A stretch of 64,000 nt of DNA from a virus (Duplodnaviria > Caudoviricetes). Of the stretch, positions 7,956-18,305 are shown in pieces (position 1 is the first letter of the stretch; the number at the start of each line of letters is the position of its first letter). The notes under the pieces were generated by a model. The model did no database searches. It was given only the letters and a program-made list of their open reading frames with translations, and had not been told where the DNA came from. The DNA lies in the IMG/VR virus record IMGVR_UViG_3300010429_000387, positions 1-64,000 of that record; one strand, given 5' to 3'. The position numbers and the translations under genes were made by a program.

Positions 7956-8726
7956 ATGAAAGACCTTCAGATCGTAGCCAGGGTTGTGACTCGGTATTCG
8001 GCGTTGCAGTTGACGCCTGAGTATGTTGAGTCGGTGGTCAAGGGTCTGGACCAGGGGAACGCTCCGGATGCCTTCAGGAGGCTCCAGCAGCTTGCCAGGG
8101 ACCTTCGGAACGGCAACCTGGACCCTTTCCCCGTCTTGGAGCTTGGGGGGTTCCTACGGGATCGTGGAGTCCCTGAGGACGAGATTGAGCTGGCCTCGAA
8201 GGTGAAGGTTCGGGCACCGAGGGCACCCAAGGGGGTATCCTTCACGGACGCTTTCCTTCAGTTTGGGAGGGATGCTTCGGTCAGTGTGGTTCCGGATATG
8301 AGGTTCGAGAACGACCCTGAGGCAGGGAAGGCGGTCCTAGGTTGGCTTGCTGGGTTCAAGAAGCTCAGGGGGCCAGCGAGGAAGGTCTGGGACCAGGCGG
8401 TGAAGAAGGTTCACCTGGGGCAGCCCAGGGGGTCTGAGGACGCATCCTGGAGGACGGGAGGGCTTCTGGACCTGACGGTGAACCGGAGTGCCGACCCGAA
8501 GGTTCGAGCCAGTCAGCTCACTCATGAGCTGGGTCATGCCTTCGAGGAACTCCACCACCTTGGTGGTGAGGCTCCGTGGGGTCAGGCTCCCTTCGTCTCG
8601 GATTATGCCGAGTTCCGCCCTGGGGTTGAAGACGTGGCTGAGAGCTTCCGGGCCTTCGTCGAGGAGCCAGCGGTCCTCAAGAAGAAGTGCCCGGCCAAGT
8701 ACGAGCTGATCAAGGCCCTGGCTTAG
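7956..8726 (+). CDS. Protein with C-terminal zincin (HExxH) metallopeptidase-like domain
   Basis: LTHELGHAFE...VSDYA....EDVAESF....P..LK..CP.KY. Confidence 0.7.
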   Translation: MKDLQIVARVVTRYSALQLTPEYVESVVKGLDQGNAPDAFRRLQQLARDLRNGNLDPFPVLELGGFLRDRGVPEDEIELASKVKVRAPRAPKGVSFTDAFLQFGRDASVSVVPDMRFENDPEAGKAVLGWLAGFKKLRGPARKVWDQAVKKVHLGQPRGSEDASWRTGGLLDLTVNRSADPKVRASQLTHELGHAFEELHHLGGEAPWGQAPFVSDYAEFRPGVEDVAESFRAFVEEPAVLKKKCPAKYELIKALA

Positions 8727-9006
8727 AGGGGACCCTTGGTGTCGGACGTGGCACCCTGAGCACTTCTCGATAGACCCCCAGGGATTCTTCCAGCTCGTGA
8801 ACGATCTTGTTGATCCGCATGAGACCGGAGGAGGTCTTGGCTTTCGAGGCGGGATTCATGCCATCTCGTTGCAAGGTCTTCAGGATCTCATCGGCTTCAG
8901 CTTCAAGCTCGGAGATGTGTGCCAAAAGGTCCATGAGAAGATCCCGACGTTGCGTTGTCGGCTCCTCTTCCTCAAAGAACAGTTCGATTTCATCGTCTTG
9001 GGCCAC
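8710..9006 (-). CDS. Hypothetical acidic helical protein
   Basis: 98-aa ORF. Confidence 0.55.
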   Translation of the reverse strand: MAQDDEIELFFEEEEPTTQRRDLLMDLLAHISELEAEADEILKTLQRDGMNPASKAKTSSGLMRINKIVHELEESLGVYREVLRVPRPTPRVPSKPGP

Positions 9007-9135
9007 GGGGACCCTATAGCGGAGACATAAGGTCGTTTTCTTCTGGTTGGATCGGCTAGGAGCGGTTGCTTCTCAAGGGTGAGAATGCTTCTATCCCTGG
9101 CGTAGTGACGGAGCCCTTCTACCGAGGTCAAACCC

Positions 9136-10020
9136 ATGGGACACCTAGTTCGCAGGACACGAGTCATCATACCTCCGGCTGACGTGAGGTTTGACCCGAC
9201 GAGCACAACCCTAAACGGGTATCTCTCTTCCACCGCCACGAGCATGGTTGTAAACGGCACCTTTGGGTTCCCAGCCGCTCCCTTCGAGGTCAAGATCGAA
9301 GAGGAGGTCCTCAACGTCACTTCGGTGTCAGGCGCCACCTTCTACATTCAAAGAGGAAGGGATGGCACCATTGCTGGAGGACATTCCAGCGGGGCTACCG
9401 TCACCAGGGTCCTCTCTATTGCTGATGATATCAGCAACGAGGACGATGTTCTGGTCCTGATCCCTACTCAACAGGCAGACTCTCACTACACATTCTACCT
9501 GCCCGAAAACCCCGTTGTCGGGCAGGTTCACACTTTTGTGTACTACCTGGATTCGGGAAGGGTCCACTCCATTCACTTGGCGACTACAAAGCACAGGTTC
9601 TCCAACAGCACCAATGCGCCGAGGGAGCCATGGGTCCTGGCCCCCAATACCAGTCCGACAGGTCTTGGATTCTCGATCATCTATGTTGAGTCTCCGACTA
9701 TGGAGAACAACATCCCCATGTCAACCGTCCTGAACGGTTCAATCTTGGGCTTGTGTGGGACCTGCAACGTTACCACCTCGGGGTATACCAGTCTCCTCAC
9801 CAATCTCAACACTAATGTGAAGTTCACCGAGTACAACATCAAACCTGGTGATACCATAGCGGTCTACAACAGCTTTGGACCCCCAGTGGACTTCTGGAAG
9901 AGACGAGTTATCTCAGTGGACTCGGACACCCAGCTCACGATAGATGATATCGGCACCAATGTCTCTGGCAAGCCCTGGCAGTTGTTCATCAACGAGGGCC
10001 TCTGGTTCCCGATTGTCTGA
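9136..10020 (+). CDS. Putative virion structural protein
   Basis: Shares the TTL.G......S..V....GFP....F.IKI..E...VT.VSG.T....RG..GT....H..GA.VT module with 18306 and 20383. Confidence 0.7.
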   Translation: MGHLVRRTRVIIPPADVRFDPTSTTLNGYLSSTATSMVVNGTFGFPAAPFEVKIEEEVLNVTSVSGATFYIQRGRDGTIAGGHSSGATVTRVLSIADDISNEDDVLVLIPTQQADSHYTFYLPENPVVGQVHTFVYYLDSGRVHSIHLATTKHRFSNSTNAPREPWVLAPNTSPTGLGFSIIYVESPTMENNIPMSTVLNGSILGLCGTCNVTTSGYTSLLTNLNTNVKFTEYNIKPGDTIAVYNSFGPPVDFWKRRVISVDSDTQLTIDDIGTNVSGKPWQLFINEGLWFPIV

Positions 10021-10037
10021 CCAACCCTAGGGCTCCC

Positions 10038-10077
10038 CAATGAGAAAAGCCGCCCGGTGAGGCGGCTTTTCTCATTG
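10038..10077. terminator. Bidirectional intrinsic terminator
   Basis: CAATGAGAAAAGCCGCC-CGGTGA-GGCGGCTTTTCTCATTG, perfect 17-bp inverted repeat between convergent genes. Confidence 0.9.
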
Positions 10078-10090
10078 AAGGTGTCCAAGC

Positions 10091-10648
10091 TCACTTGAGC
10101 TGGATGGGTCCAGCCTTCTTGGTGCGGAAGGCTTCGTCGGTCGCCTCGTTGGTCACGATGTCCATCTTGCTGAGGTCCTTCTTGGGGAAGCCGAACATGC
10201 GGGCGAGGGAGCCACCAGGGAAGCTGCCCAGGGTGACTTCGTAGACCCGCTTCTTGTCGAGGAGGCTCTTCTGGTCGGCCTCGAAGGAGTTGCGTCCGGC
10301 CTCCATCGCCTGCTGGATGGACTTGTATATCGAGGCGTCGATGGTCGGGTTCTTCTCCTGGATGAACTGGAAGACCGCCTTCGACCCCTCAGCCCCGTAC
10401 CGGCCCTTCATCGCCCCATCGTAGACCTTCTGAAGATCCGACGTGTACATGTCCGGAACTTGTGCCATCTCCTTGATCTTGTTGAAGTAGTTGGCGTAGT
10501 TGTTCTGGTTCTGCTTGTACTGGGCCTCGATATCGGCCTCTTGCCGGACGCAGTCATTGTTGACTCCGATGGCACTGACGATCCCGATGACGATGAGGAG
10601 CACGATTCCGGCTATGGAGCCGATGGCAATCTTCAAGCTGGTAGGCAT
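10091..10648 (-). CDS. LemA-like membrane-anchored protein
   Basis: N-terminal TM, helical body, C-terminal FPG..LA..FGF. Confidence 0.65.
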   Translation of the reverse strand: MPTSLKIAIGSIAGIVLLIVIGIVSAIGVNNDCVRQEADIEAQYKQNQNNYANYFNKIKEMAQVPDMYTSDLQKVYDGAMKGRYGAEGSKAVFQFIQEKNPTIDASIYKSIQQAMEAGRNSFEADQKSLLDKKRVYEVTLGSFPGGSLARMFGFPKKDLSKMDIVTNEATDEAFRTKKAGPIQLK

Positions 10649-10693
10649 GACGGTCTCTCTTTGTAGTTTGGGTTCACAGTCATTACACCGGGA

Positions 10694-11905
10694 CTAGCGG
10701 AACTTCTTCTTGAAGGGGCTCCAGCCCCCTCGAAGGTCCCTCATCATCCGGTCGAGTTCTTCATCCCGGCCACGGCCCCAGGTGGGCTTGCGCTTGGAGG
10801 ACCATCGCTGGAAGGGGCGGCCTTCGTCCCCGAACACGTCGTGGACCTCGAAGAGCCAGGTGAGGCCAACGGCAACAAGGAGGCCGATGAAGAGGGCGAT
10901 CCCGAGTTCGGTTCCACTGGGCTGGATGCTGGCCCGGAGGTACTCGAAGTCGGCCATGGGCTTGCGCTTGTAGTAGGTCTCGACGTTCTCTCGGAGGACC
11001 TTGAGGGTTGCCTCTGGGGTCACGGCGGGCAGGTCCATGACAGAGTCCCTGAGCTTGATCTCGAAGAGCTTGGCCGTGGTCCAGGCCATGACGGTAGCCC
11101 AGCGGGCCTTCCCCGTGCTCTGGTCCAAGCCGATGACCAGGACGGCATCGTTCTTCTTGCCCCCAACCCAAACCTCTTCCAAGGCGTAGTACCACTCCTG
11201 AGGCTGGTCGGTCAGCACCACGATCATGTTGACCTGCTTCTTCGAGCCGAGGTCCGCATTGATCTTGGACAACCCTTCGTTCCAGGCTTGAAGGTTCTCC
11301 ACCGAAATCCCTTGAGTTACCAAGCGGTTGAGGCGGTAGTAGTCGTAGACGTTCCCTGGGTAGTTGGGGATCCTACCAGCGTACTTCTCCCTGAGCCCTT
11401 GATGCCGGAACAAGGTGTCAGGGGCGGCCTTGATGTAGCTGGTGTACCGATGCCTCTGGGAGGTCGGCTCACCGATCTGGACGGCAACCCAGCGGGGTGG
11501 AGCGTGGACCCCCTGACGGTCAACCCGGTCGATGTTGATGGTTTCCTGGTTGGACGTGTACACGTCCCAGTCCCAGTCGTTGGAGTGCTCGTAGCAGGTG
11601 TCACAGACCTGGCTGGATGAACAGGACCGATTCTTCCCGGAGCCCGTACAGGTCTCGACCATTCGGCAGTTGCACTGGTAGGAGTGACTGCAAGAGACTC
11701 GAACCTGCTGCTTGTTGGTCACCCATCCGTTCCAGGTCTCGTAGTCCCCCGTGTCCTGGTAGTAGATGACGGCTGCTGAGATCCCCGCCACAAGAACCTG
11801 GATTCCCAGGTGAAGCAAGAACTCCTTCCAGGTGATGCCCTTCAGGAAGACGAAAGCCCCGATGGCTACGAGCATCGGGATGAACAGTAGCAGTAGAAAG
11901 GTCAT
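10694..11905 (-). CDS. Multi-TM membrane protein with Cys-rich extracytoplasmic domain
   Basis: Two N-terminal TMs, CSHSYQCNC...CDTCYEH, W.GGKKND, C-terminal TM; adjacent to the LemA-like gene. Confidence 0.8.
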   Translation of the reverse strand: MTFLLLLFIPMLVAIGAFVFLKGITWKEFLLHLGIQVLVAGISAAVIYYQDTGDYETWNGWVTNKQQVRVSCSHSYQCNCRMVETCTGSGKNRSCSSSQVCDTCYEHSNDWDWDVYTSNQETINIDRVDRQGVHAPPRWVAVQIGEPTSQRHRYTSYIKAAPDTLFRHQGLREKYAGRIPNYPGNVYDYYRLNRLVTQGISVENLQAWNEGLSKINADLGSKKQVNMIVVLTDQPQEWYYALEEVWVGGKKNDAVLVIGLDQSTGKARWATVMAWTTAKLFEIKLRDSVMDLPAVTPEATLKVLRENVETYYKRKPMADFEYLRASIQPSGTELGIALFIGLLVAVGLTWLFEVHDVFGDEGRPFQRWSSKRKPTWGRGRDEELDRMMRDLRGGWSPFKKKFR

Positions 11906-11950
11906 GGCCTAGAGCCTCTTCTTTCAACTGCTAGTACACCGCTTCGTGGA

Positions 11951-12550
11951 TCAGACCTTCTCGTAGCGGTTCAACCTGGTCAGCGAGATTTTCCGGCCCT
12001 CATCCGAGTACATGTACTCGGAGTCCACCTTCACGATCAGGAAGGTCCCGCTTCGACGGGTGTCCTTGGCCTTCCACCTCTGACCCGGAATGGGATTCCC
12101 GATGGCCTTGGGGGGCTTGGGGAGTTCAGGGAGCGGGTCGAGGGGCGGGGGTGACTTCGGGGGTTCAAGGACTGGGGAGGGAAGCTCGGGTGCCTTCTCC
12201 GGCTCCTGGACGGGCTCAGGAAGGGGTTCCGGCTCCGGTTCGGACTCTGGTTCCTCTTCCTCAAGTTCGTTGCCCTGGGGCTCCTCAGTGACGATAGGAG
12301 GGGGCAGGAGAACCTCGGGTGAGGTCACCCGAGGTTCTGGCTTGGGAGGCTCGGGTGCTCCAGGAGGCAAGATCAGGATGTAGTTGTCCCCCTCGGGGGG
12401 TGGGATCACTACTACCGACCTGAATCCTGTGACCTTGAAGAACTTGTCACGAATCTTGAGTATATTCCCTACATTGAAGGCGTAGACGATTCGGCTCGCC
12501 ACGCTGGCAGGGGTCTCATCATCCCCGAACAGGATCCTGGTTGTACGCAT
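11951..12550 (-). CDS. Pro/Glu-rich linker protein with small terminal domains
   Basis: MRTTRILFGDD...; EPEPEP tract; SH3-like C-terminus (PGQRWKAKD). Confidence 0.65.
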   Translation of the reverse strand: MRTTRILFGDDETPASVASRIVYAFNVGNILKIRDKFFKVTGFRSVVVIPPPEGDNYILILPPGAPEPPKPEPRVTSPEVLLPPPIVTEEPQGNELEEEEPESEPEPEPLPEPVQEPEKAPELPSPVLEPPKSPPPLDPLPELPKPPKAIGNPIPGQRWKAKDTRRSGTFLIVKVDSEYMYSDEGRKISLTRLNRYEKV

Positions 12551-12599
12551 AGCTGATGTGGAGTTGTATTCACTAAGGTGAGACTTGTCCACGTCAGAC

Positions 12600-13511
12600 T
12601 TAGGTGGACAGTGCAATCTCGAAGGCTGAGTTGTCCAAGGCAATCATGATGATGGGAGGTTGGGCAGCATCCATGGTCATGCTGTGGACTAGCTCATTGA
12701 ACTCACGGCAGCCCCATTCCCCATTGGATGTCCGGTAGGGCTCGACGGGGACCCAGGTCCCGATGTCGTGGGATAGGGCTGCCACAGCGGCAATGACATC
12801 GTGGAGGGCTTTTCCGTCCGGGTGACGATGGAAGTAGCAGGACATTCCGTCCTTGATGAGGTCGAGCCCTGGGTGGGATCCAGAGGGTATCCGCTCGTTG
12901 ACCTCGGGAGTCCAGAAGACTCCGTGACAGACGTTCTTGGGTACGAGCCTTCGGTAGTCGATGGGAGGAAAGTTGGAGCAAAGGAGGTACTCAGCCGCTC
13001 GGTAGTCCCCACCCAGGTTGAAGGTTGGGCAGGTGACACGTCCGTTGAACTTGGGGAGCCTCAGGGGAGCCGGGACGATGTTGTCTCCGGCGAAGCCCCC
13101 CTGGCAGGTCCACTCTCTGAAGAAGGCTGAGAAGGGCTTCTTGGACTGGGCAGCAGCCGCTATGTTGGTGAGGGCAGCCCCGGTCACCAGATGGGCCTCG
13201 GGGTGATGCTGGAGGACTTCCCAGATGACCTCGGTGGCAGTTCCGTCGGGTTCCCGTGGATCCACCTTCCCGAGCCAGCGGTAGTGGAACTCGGAGACTC
13301 TGGGCTTGTCGTTCTTGGGTTCTCCAGCTCCGATGGGGATCCCAGGCTTGCCCAGACGGTCGAGGACGTGACGGACGATTCCTACCTGGTCCTGCCCCCC
13401 TGGATGAAGGGTCACGCCAACCAGGTTCGATCTTGGGTGGGTTGCAAGCAAGGCCAGAGCGAACACATCGTCTGGGTCACTGGTCTCCATGTCGAAGAAA
13501 AAATCAGGCAT
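12600..13511 (-). CDS. Inosine/uridine-preferring nucleoside hydrolase family protein
   Basis: N-terminal DMETSDPDD, TGAALTN, FNL..D, LHD. Confidence 0.8.
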   Translation of the reverse strand: MPDFFFDMETSDPDDVFALALLATHPRSNLVGVTLHPGGQDQVGIVRHVLDRLGKPGIPIGAGEPKNDKPRVSEFHYRWLGKVDPREPDGTATEVIWEVLQHHPEAHLVTGAALTNIAAAAQSKKPFSAFFREWTCQGGFAGDNIVPAPLRLPKFNGRVTCPTFNLGGDYRAAEYLLCSNFPPIDYRRLVPKNVCHGVFWTPEVNERIPSGSHPGLDLIKDGMSCYFHRHPDGKALHDVIAAVAALSHDIGTWVPVEPYRTSNGEWGCREFNELVHSMTMDAAQPPIIMIALDNSAFEIALST

Positions 13512-13528
13512 CTGGTGTAGGGGTTCGG

Positions 13529-14464
13529 ATGAGGTTTGCAGTTACCGGCGGAGCCGGGTTCCTTGGGAGTCATCTATGCACCAGACTCTTGAGTCTTGGG
13601 CATGAGGTGCTCTGCATCGACAACCTTTACACCGGGTCGAAGCAGAACATTCACCCGCTGCTCCAGAACCCAAACTTCGAGTTCATCCGACACGACATCA
13701 CCTTTCCACTCTACCTAGAAGTGGATGCAATCTTCAACCTGGCCTGCCCAGCCTCCCCCGTCCACTACCAAAGAGATCCAGTACAGACGATCAAGCTCTG
13801 TACCACAGGGATGGTCAACATGCTGGGTCTGGCAAAGAGGCTCAGGGTCCCCATTCTTCAAGCCTCAACGAGTGAAGTCTACGGGGACTCTGAAGTCCAT
13901 CCTCAGCATGAGGACTACTCGGGAAAGGTCAATCCTGTAGAGGCACGGTCCTGCTATGCAGAGGGGAAGAGGGTTGCTGAAACCCTCTGCTTTGCCTACC
14001 ATCGGCAGTATGGGACACCCATCAAAGTGGTAAGGATCTTCAACACTTACGGCCCGAACATGGCGATTGATGATGGGCGAGTCATCTCGAACTTCATCGT
14101 TCAGGCCCTACGTGGGGAGCCTCTCACGGTCTACGGTACGGGGGACCAGACTCGGTCCTTCTGCTACGTGGACGACCTCATCAATGCTCTGGTTCAGGTG
14201 ATGTCCTCGCCATTGGGTGGCACTGTGATTGGCCCCTTGAACCTGGGCAACCCTGCTGAGGTGACCGTTCGGGAGCTGGCAGAATCGATCCTTCGGATCA
14301 CGGAATCCAAGTCACGGCTGGAGTTCTCCCCACTACCCAAAGGAGACCCTCCTCGAAGGAGACCCGATATCACGAGAGTGAACGAGCTTCTGGGGTGGGC
14401 ACCACAGGTGACATTGGAGTCTGGGCTTACTCAGACGGTTGAGGATCTTCGGACTCGGTTGTAG
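13529..14464 (+). CDS. UDP-glucuronate decarboxylase (UXS-like SDR)
   Basis: TGGAGFLGSHL, NLACPASPVHYQ, STSEVYG, YAEGKR, RIFNTYGP, QTRSFCYVDD. Confidence 0.93.
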   Translation: MRFAVTGGAGFLGSHLCTRLLSLGHEVLCIDNLYTGSKQNIHPLLQNPNFEFIRHDITFPLYLEVDAIFNLACPASPVHYQRDPVQTIKLCTTGMVNMLGLAKRLRVPILQASTSEVYGDSEVHPQHEDYSGKVNPVEARSCYAEGKRVAETLCFAYHRQYGTPIKVVRIFNTYGPNMAIDDGRVISNFIVQALRGEPLTVYGTGDQTRSFCYVDDLINALVQVMSSPLGGTVIGPLNLGNPAEVTVRELAESILRITESKSRLEFSPLPKGDPPRRRPDITRVNELLGWAPQVTLESGLTQTVEDLRTRL

Positions 14465-15719
14465 TTTCGTCCTCGTAGTACCCGTCCTCCGTTCGACGGT
14501 CTACTTCGTCAGCCGCCACCTCCTTCATCTTCTTGCAGAACTCCTCGTGAAGTTTCCACTCCCCAATCTGAGGGCCAGACCCGTCAGAGGGTCGCCACTG
14601 GTACCTTATCTGGCTCAGGACGTGCTGGACGAAGGCCATCTCCCCAACCGTGTTGAGGAAGTCCCTCAGGTCATCCTCGTTTGGGTTCTTCTGTCGCATC
14701 AACTCGAAGTGGGTCCCGAGACCTTCGACGAACTCGTTCTTGGTCCAGGCAGCCACCACGTTCTTGGATCGAACCAGGTCGAGGTCCATTCGACGCATGA
14801 CCTGAGCGTGAACGTCCTCAATGGCGTCGATGGCCTTCAGCTCATCCCAGAACTCACGGGCAGCCTTCCGGAATCCCTCCACATTGGTGGGGGTCTCCTT
14901 GCGCCAGGACTTGAACTCCATCGAAAGGATGGCCTGCCACACGTCCTCCCGGATCATGGCCTGGGCAACGTGAACCTTCCGGTGGCTGATCCCCTTGTAC
15001 TTGAAGCTGATCTCGTAGCGCTCCGGGTCAGGCAGAGGCTTGGGGGCCACGATCATCTCGGCCTTGTCGGCATAGCTCCCGGTACCCACGGTGATCATGG
15101 TGGCGAAGCGTTCGGAGAGGAGGGGCCGGAGCTTGAGCAGGTTTTCTTCGTTGTTCTGGAACTCCTCCCAGCGAACCCGAATGAATCCACGGGTTTGCAC
15201 GCTGACCATGTAACCCTCCTTGAAGTCCCCATCAGATAGGGGGAGCCCAGCCTTCTCGATGATACGGCGGACCCGCTTCATGGTCGGGATGCCCTTGTGG
15301 ACCTTGCGCTTGCTCTTGGGGATGGCTTTGCGTTCCTTCTTGGTGAGGCGACGGCCCCCACGTTGGTGGACGAGGACACGGCCCTCCCAGAGGGCTTCAA
15401 GCATCTGCCCCAGGCCCATGTCCTTTCGCACGGGGACATCATGACAGGTGTTGTCCCCAGGGCCTCGTTCGACCAGGTCGAGCTTGAACCCATCGAACCA
15501 GATGTCTTGAGCCAGTCCTTCCTGGACGTTTTCAACACTTCCGTAGTCGTTGTACTCAGCCTTCAATGGAAAAGTTCGAGGGATCCAGCGGTCGTGGATG
15601 TAGCAGGTATGCTCTGCCGGTTTGTGGAACGGATGTTCGGTTAGGAGTAAGTATCGCACATCGTCTCCAGCCCCGATAGAAAGGCCAGAAACGCAGCATG
15701 TGAAGTCGAATGAACCCAT
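14427..15719 (-). CDS. Hypothetical protein (430 aa)
   Basis: True start MGSFDFTCCVSGLSI, 9 nt after GGTGTA. Confidence 0.8.
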   Translation of the reverse strand: MGSFDFTCCVSGLSIGAGDDVRYLLLTEHPFHKPAEHTCYIHDRWIPRTFPLKAEYNDYGSVENVQEGLAQDIWFDGFKLDLVERGPGDNTCHDVPVRKDMGLGQMLEALWEGRVLVHQRGGRRLTKKERKAIPKSKRKVHKGIPTMKRVRRIIEKAGLPLSDGDFKEGYMVSVQTRGFIRVRWEEFQNNEENLLKLRPLLSERFATMITVGTGSYADKAEMIVAPKPLPDPERYEISFKYKGISHRKVHVAQAMIREDVWQAILSMEFKSWRKETPTNVEGFRKAAREFWDELKAIDAIEDVHAQVMRRMDLDLVRSKNVVAAWTKNEFVEGLGTHFELMRQKNPNEDDLRDFLNTVGEMAFVQHVLSQIRYQWRPSDGSGPQIGEWKLHEEFCKKMKEVAADEVDRRTEDGYYEDETTTESEDPQPSE

Positions 15720-15770
15720 GAATCCAACTACACCGAGGTTCTGTTTGTCCCCGGTGTAGAACAACCTCGC

Positions 15771-16334
15771 ATGGATTCCCCGCTCATCAAGGCCAACAAG
15801 CTCATGGCCCTTGCCCTTGATCCAGGGGCCGGGGCAGAAGAAGCCCGAACGGCTGCTCATGCGGCCGTTCGATTGATCCATCAACACAATCTGCTCAAGG
15901 GGAGCCAATCTGTTGACGTAGGCGACTTTTTCAGGGACATCTACTCCAGCCCTCCTCCGCCCCCGACGCCCCCACCGAAGCGTGGGCGACAGAAGAAGGA
16001 GCCCAAGCCCAAGGAGCCGCCTCCGCCTCAACAGATGTCCAGGGCAGAGCTTCGTGTTCTTGCTGAGGGCAAGGCGGATCGCTTCGTTGCGTTCCTGGTG
16101 AAGAAGTCGATCACGGGCGAGTTCCCTTGCTTCACGGCGAGGTACCTGACCGAAAAGGCCCTGAAGAACAAGGAGTTGCACTCCTTGGATCGACACATCT
16201 ATCACCACTACCTTCAGAAGGCGATGCAATCCAGGGTGAAATCTGGCCTTCTCGGTTCAAGATCCGGGCCGAAGGGTGGGTACCACCTGGTTCAGTCCAA
16301 GAAGAATCACCGGGGTGAAGCAAGGGTAGCCTAA
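15771..16334 (+). CDS. DUF2786-like N-terminus + Pro-rich linker + winged-helix-like C-terminus
   Basis: KLMALA......EEARTAA..A..LI..HNL; SRSGPKGGYHL wing. Confidence 0.6.
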   Translation: MDSPLIKANKLMALALDPGAGAEEARTAAHAAVRLIHQHNLLKGSQSVDVGDFFRDIYSSPPPPPTPPPKRGRQKKEPKPKEPPPPQQMSRAELRVLAEGKADRFVAFLVKKSITGEFPCFTARYLTEKALKNKELHSLDRHIYHHYLQKAMQSRVKSGLLGSRSGPKGGYHLVQSKKNHRGEARVA

Positions 16335-16336
16335 CC

Positions 16337-16984
16337 ATGCCTGAGAGAAATCCACAGCCTGGGGACAACTTGAGGGAAGAGGTCAGCGAGGAGACAGCCC
16401 AACCCTTCTTCGATAGGGTCCTGGACATCCTCGAAATCAGCAACAACCTGACCCCGATCCCCCCAACCCTGCCCGAGGGGGTCCCGATGTTCGAGGTGGC
16501 CTCGAACCCAACCTTCCGAGCCAGCCGGGCTGAGTTCAGAAGAATGGTAGGGGGTACGCCAATGTGGGAGGGTGGCCCACCTGTCCCTGGGTGGTTGAAG
16601 CCGGGGTTGTGCCTCAGGCACGCGAGGACGAACCTGCTCTACATCATCTCGGCACTCGCTCCCGACCACTTCAGCTTGAGGCGGCCACCTGGGGTTCAGG
16701 AAGACCGAATCACCTGTGGGTACCGCAACCTTCACGACCTTTGGCTTGGGACGGACTACTACGAATGTGACGACTGCCGACGCAAGCCTGGAAGCCCTAC
16801 TCTTTGTGGGGACTGCCTCGAACGTCGGGCTCAGTTCCAGCGTGGCTTCACGATGGCCTCCTGCAAGCTCCCGAAGTTCTGCTCGACAGCTTACGATGGT
16901 GGGGTCTTCCTGGATCCAGCTCCAGGGGTAGGAGACCCTCCTAGCCCCCCTCCGACTCGGTTCGACCGTGAGGACCCCCTCTGA
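16337..16984 (+). CDS. Hypothetical protein with Cys cluster
   Basis: ECDDC....LCGDC; C-terminal PTRFDRE. Confidence 0.65.
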   Translation: MPERNPQPGDNLREEVSEETAQPFFDRVLDILEISNNLTPIPPTLPEGVPMFEVASNPTFRASRAEFRRMVGGTPMWEGGPPVPGWLKPGLCLRHARTNLLYIISALAPDHFSLRRPPGVQEDRITCGYRNLHDLWLGTDYYECDDCRRKPGSPTLCGDCLERRAQFQRGFTMASCKLPKFCSTAYDGGVFLDPAPGVGDPPSPPPTRFDREDPL

Positions 16985-17012
16985 CGGATCCTTCAATGGC
17001 GGGCATAGGGGC

Positions 17013-17576
17013 ATGGCCGGAAAGATCCTATGCTTCTTCCTGAAACCAGCCATCTATGCACAGGAGACTTTGCGTCGGTATTCGCATGAAGGAACCTGTT
17101 CGGAGTCAGGTCGTTCGTACCACAACGCACAGGTGGTGATCGGGACGGTGCCTTACCCCCTGTCCGATCTAGACGGTGAGCCTGGGAAAGGCGTCGAGAG
17201 GGACGACCCTCGATGGCCTACCAAGTGCTCGTGTGGCTACGTCTTCAAGGAAGAGGACGCCTGGCAGCATCAACTCACCCGAACCTTCTGGCGGGGAGAC
17301 CATGCCGCCATGAGGACCACCTTGGCTGAAGCTCCGGTGGGCTCGATGTACTTCGCTGACTACTACCCTTGGAGGGGTCCTGACGGGCACTGTCTTGTGG
17401 TTGTGACACCAGCAGGACCGTGGGTCGTGGATGGCCCATCCACGAACTCAGACGGCTCGAAGGGACCCCCTTGGCAGCGCTCTGGGGAGATTCCGGAGAT
17501 CACCGTGAACCCGAGCATCAACTTCCCAGGGAAGTACCATGGCTGGCTTCGGGAAGGCTTCTTGGTAGAGTGCTAG
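17013..17576 (+). CDS. Protein with C-terminal DUF6527-like domain
   Basis: W.RSGE.P.ITVNPSI....YHGWLREG. Confidence 0.6.
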   Translation: MAGKILCFFLKPAIYAQETLRRYSHEGTCSESGRSYHNAQVVIGTVPYPLSDLDGEPGKGVERDDPRWPTKCSCGYVFKEEDAWQHQLTRTFWRGDHAAMRTTLAEAPVGSMYFADYYPWRGPDGHCLVVVTPAGPWVVDGPSTNSDGSKGPPWQRSGEIPEITVNPSINFPGKYHGWLREGFLVEC

Positions 17577-17986
17577 GATCCATCGAAGGGGTAGGGGTCC
17601 GCCCGACGAATGCCGCATTGACCCCCATCCCCAACAACCTCGGGCTCCTCGAAATCATGGTTCCGGCCGTTGAAGACAGTTTCCCCTGAGAGCTTCTGGT
17701 ACTGATCGATCCAAGCCCGAGCCTGTCTTTCTTGCTGAGCAGAGAGCTTGCCAGCTCGAAGGAGCCGAGAGACTTTGAGGGGGTCGAGGCCATAGAAGGG
17801 GTTGCCGAGCTGGGACTGGACCAGCGGGTGATCCTCAATGCTGTCCCCTGGGACTCTGGCTGTGAAGCTCGGGTTCTCGGAGGGGACTACAGTGCGTTCA
17901 GCAACCCTTTCAAAGGCCAGGTCACGAAGGGTCGGGTTCGGGGTGGAGGGGCCTGAGAAAAGGTCCCTGATGCTTTTGCCTGCCAT
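17573..17986 (-). CDS. Hypothetical protein
   Basis: 137-aa ORF. Confidence 0.6.
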   Translation of the reverse strand: MAGKSIRDLFSGPSTPNPTLRDLAFERVAERTVVPSENPSFTARVPGDSIEDHPLVQSQLGNPFYGLDPLKVSRLLRAGKLSAQQERQARAWIDQYQKLSGETVFNGRNHDFEEPEVVGDGGQCGIRRADPYPFDGS

Positions 17987-18003
17987 GGGTGTAGGGTGCT
18001 CCT

Positions 18004-18237
18004 ATGCCGAAGTTCACCTGCCATAGTGTCCTCTATAACAACAATCCCATATCTTGGTGCATCCTCGGGGAAGGGCGCTTCTACAAGGGCGCTTTTCTCG
18101 ATGCCGTGAAGAATCGTGCGAGGTTGGAGTTTCCTTCGGCCGAGTTCGAGGAGTCTTTCAGCATCACCTGGGGTGAGGAACCTCTTCTTCGCCTTGGGGT
18201 TGAAGCGTACAAGAGGGCGAAAGCCCAACACGGGTGA
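18004..18237 (+). CDS. Hypothetical protein
   Basis: ATG 10 nt after GGTGTA. Confidence 0.6.
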   Translation: MPKFTCHSVLYNNNPISWCILGEGRFYKGAFLDAVKNRARLEFPSAEFEESFSITWGEEPLLRLGVEAYKRAKAQHG

Positions 18238-18305
18238 AGTTCTTATCGGGCTGGCAGATCGAACCATGCTTCCCGAGCTGACCCCCACAGAGAAGGCCAA
18301 TACAG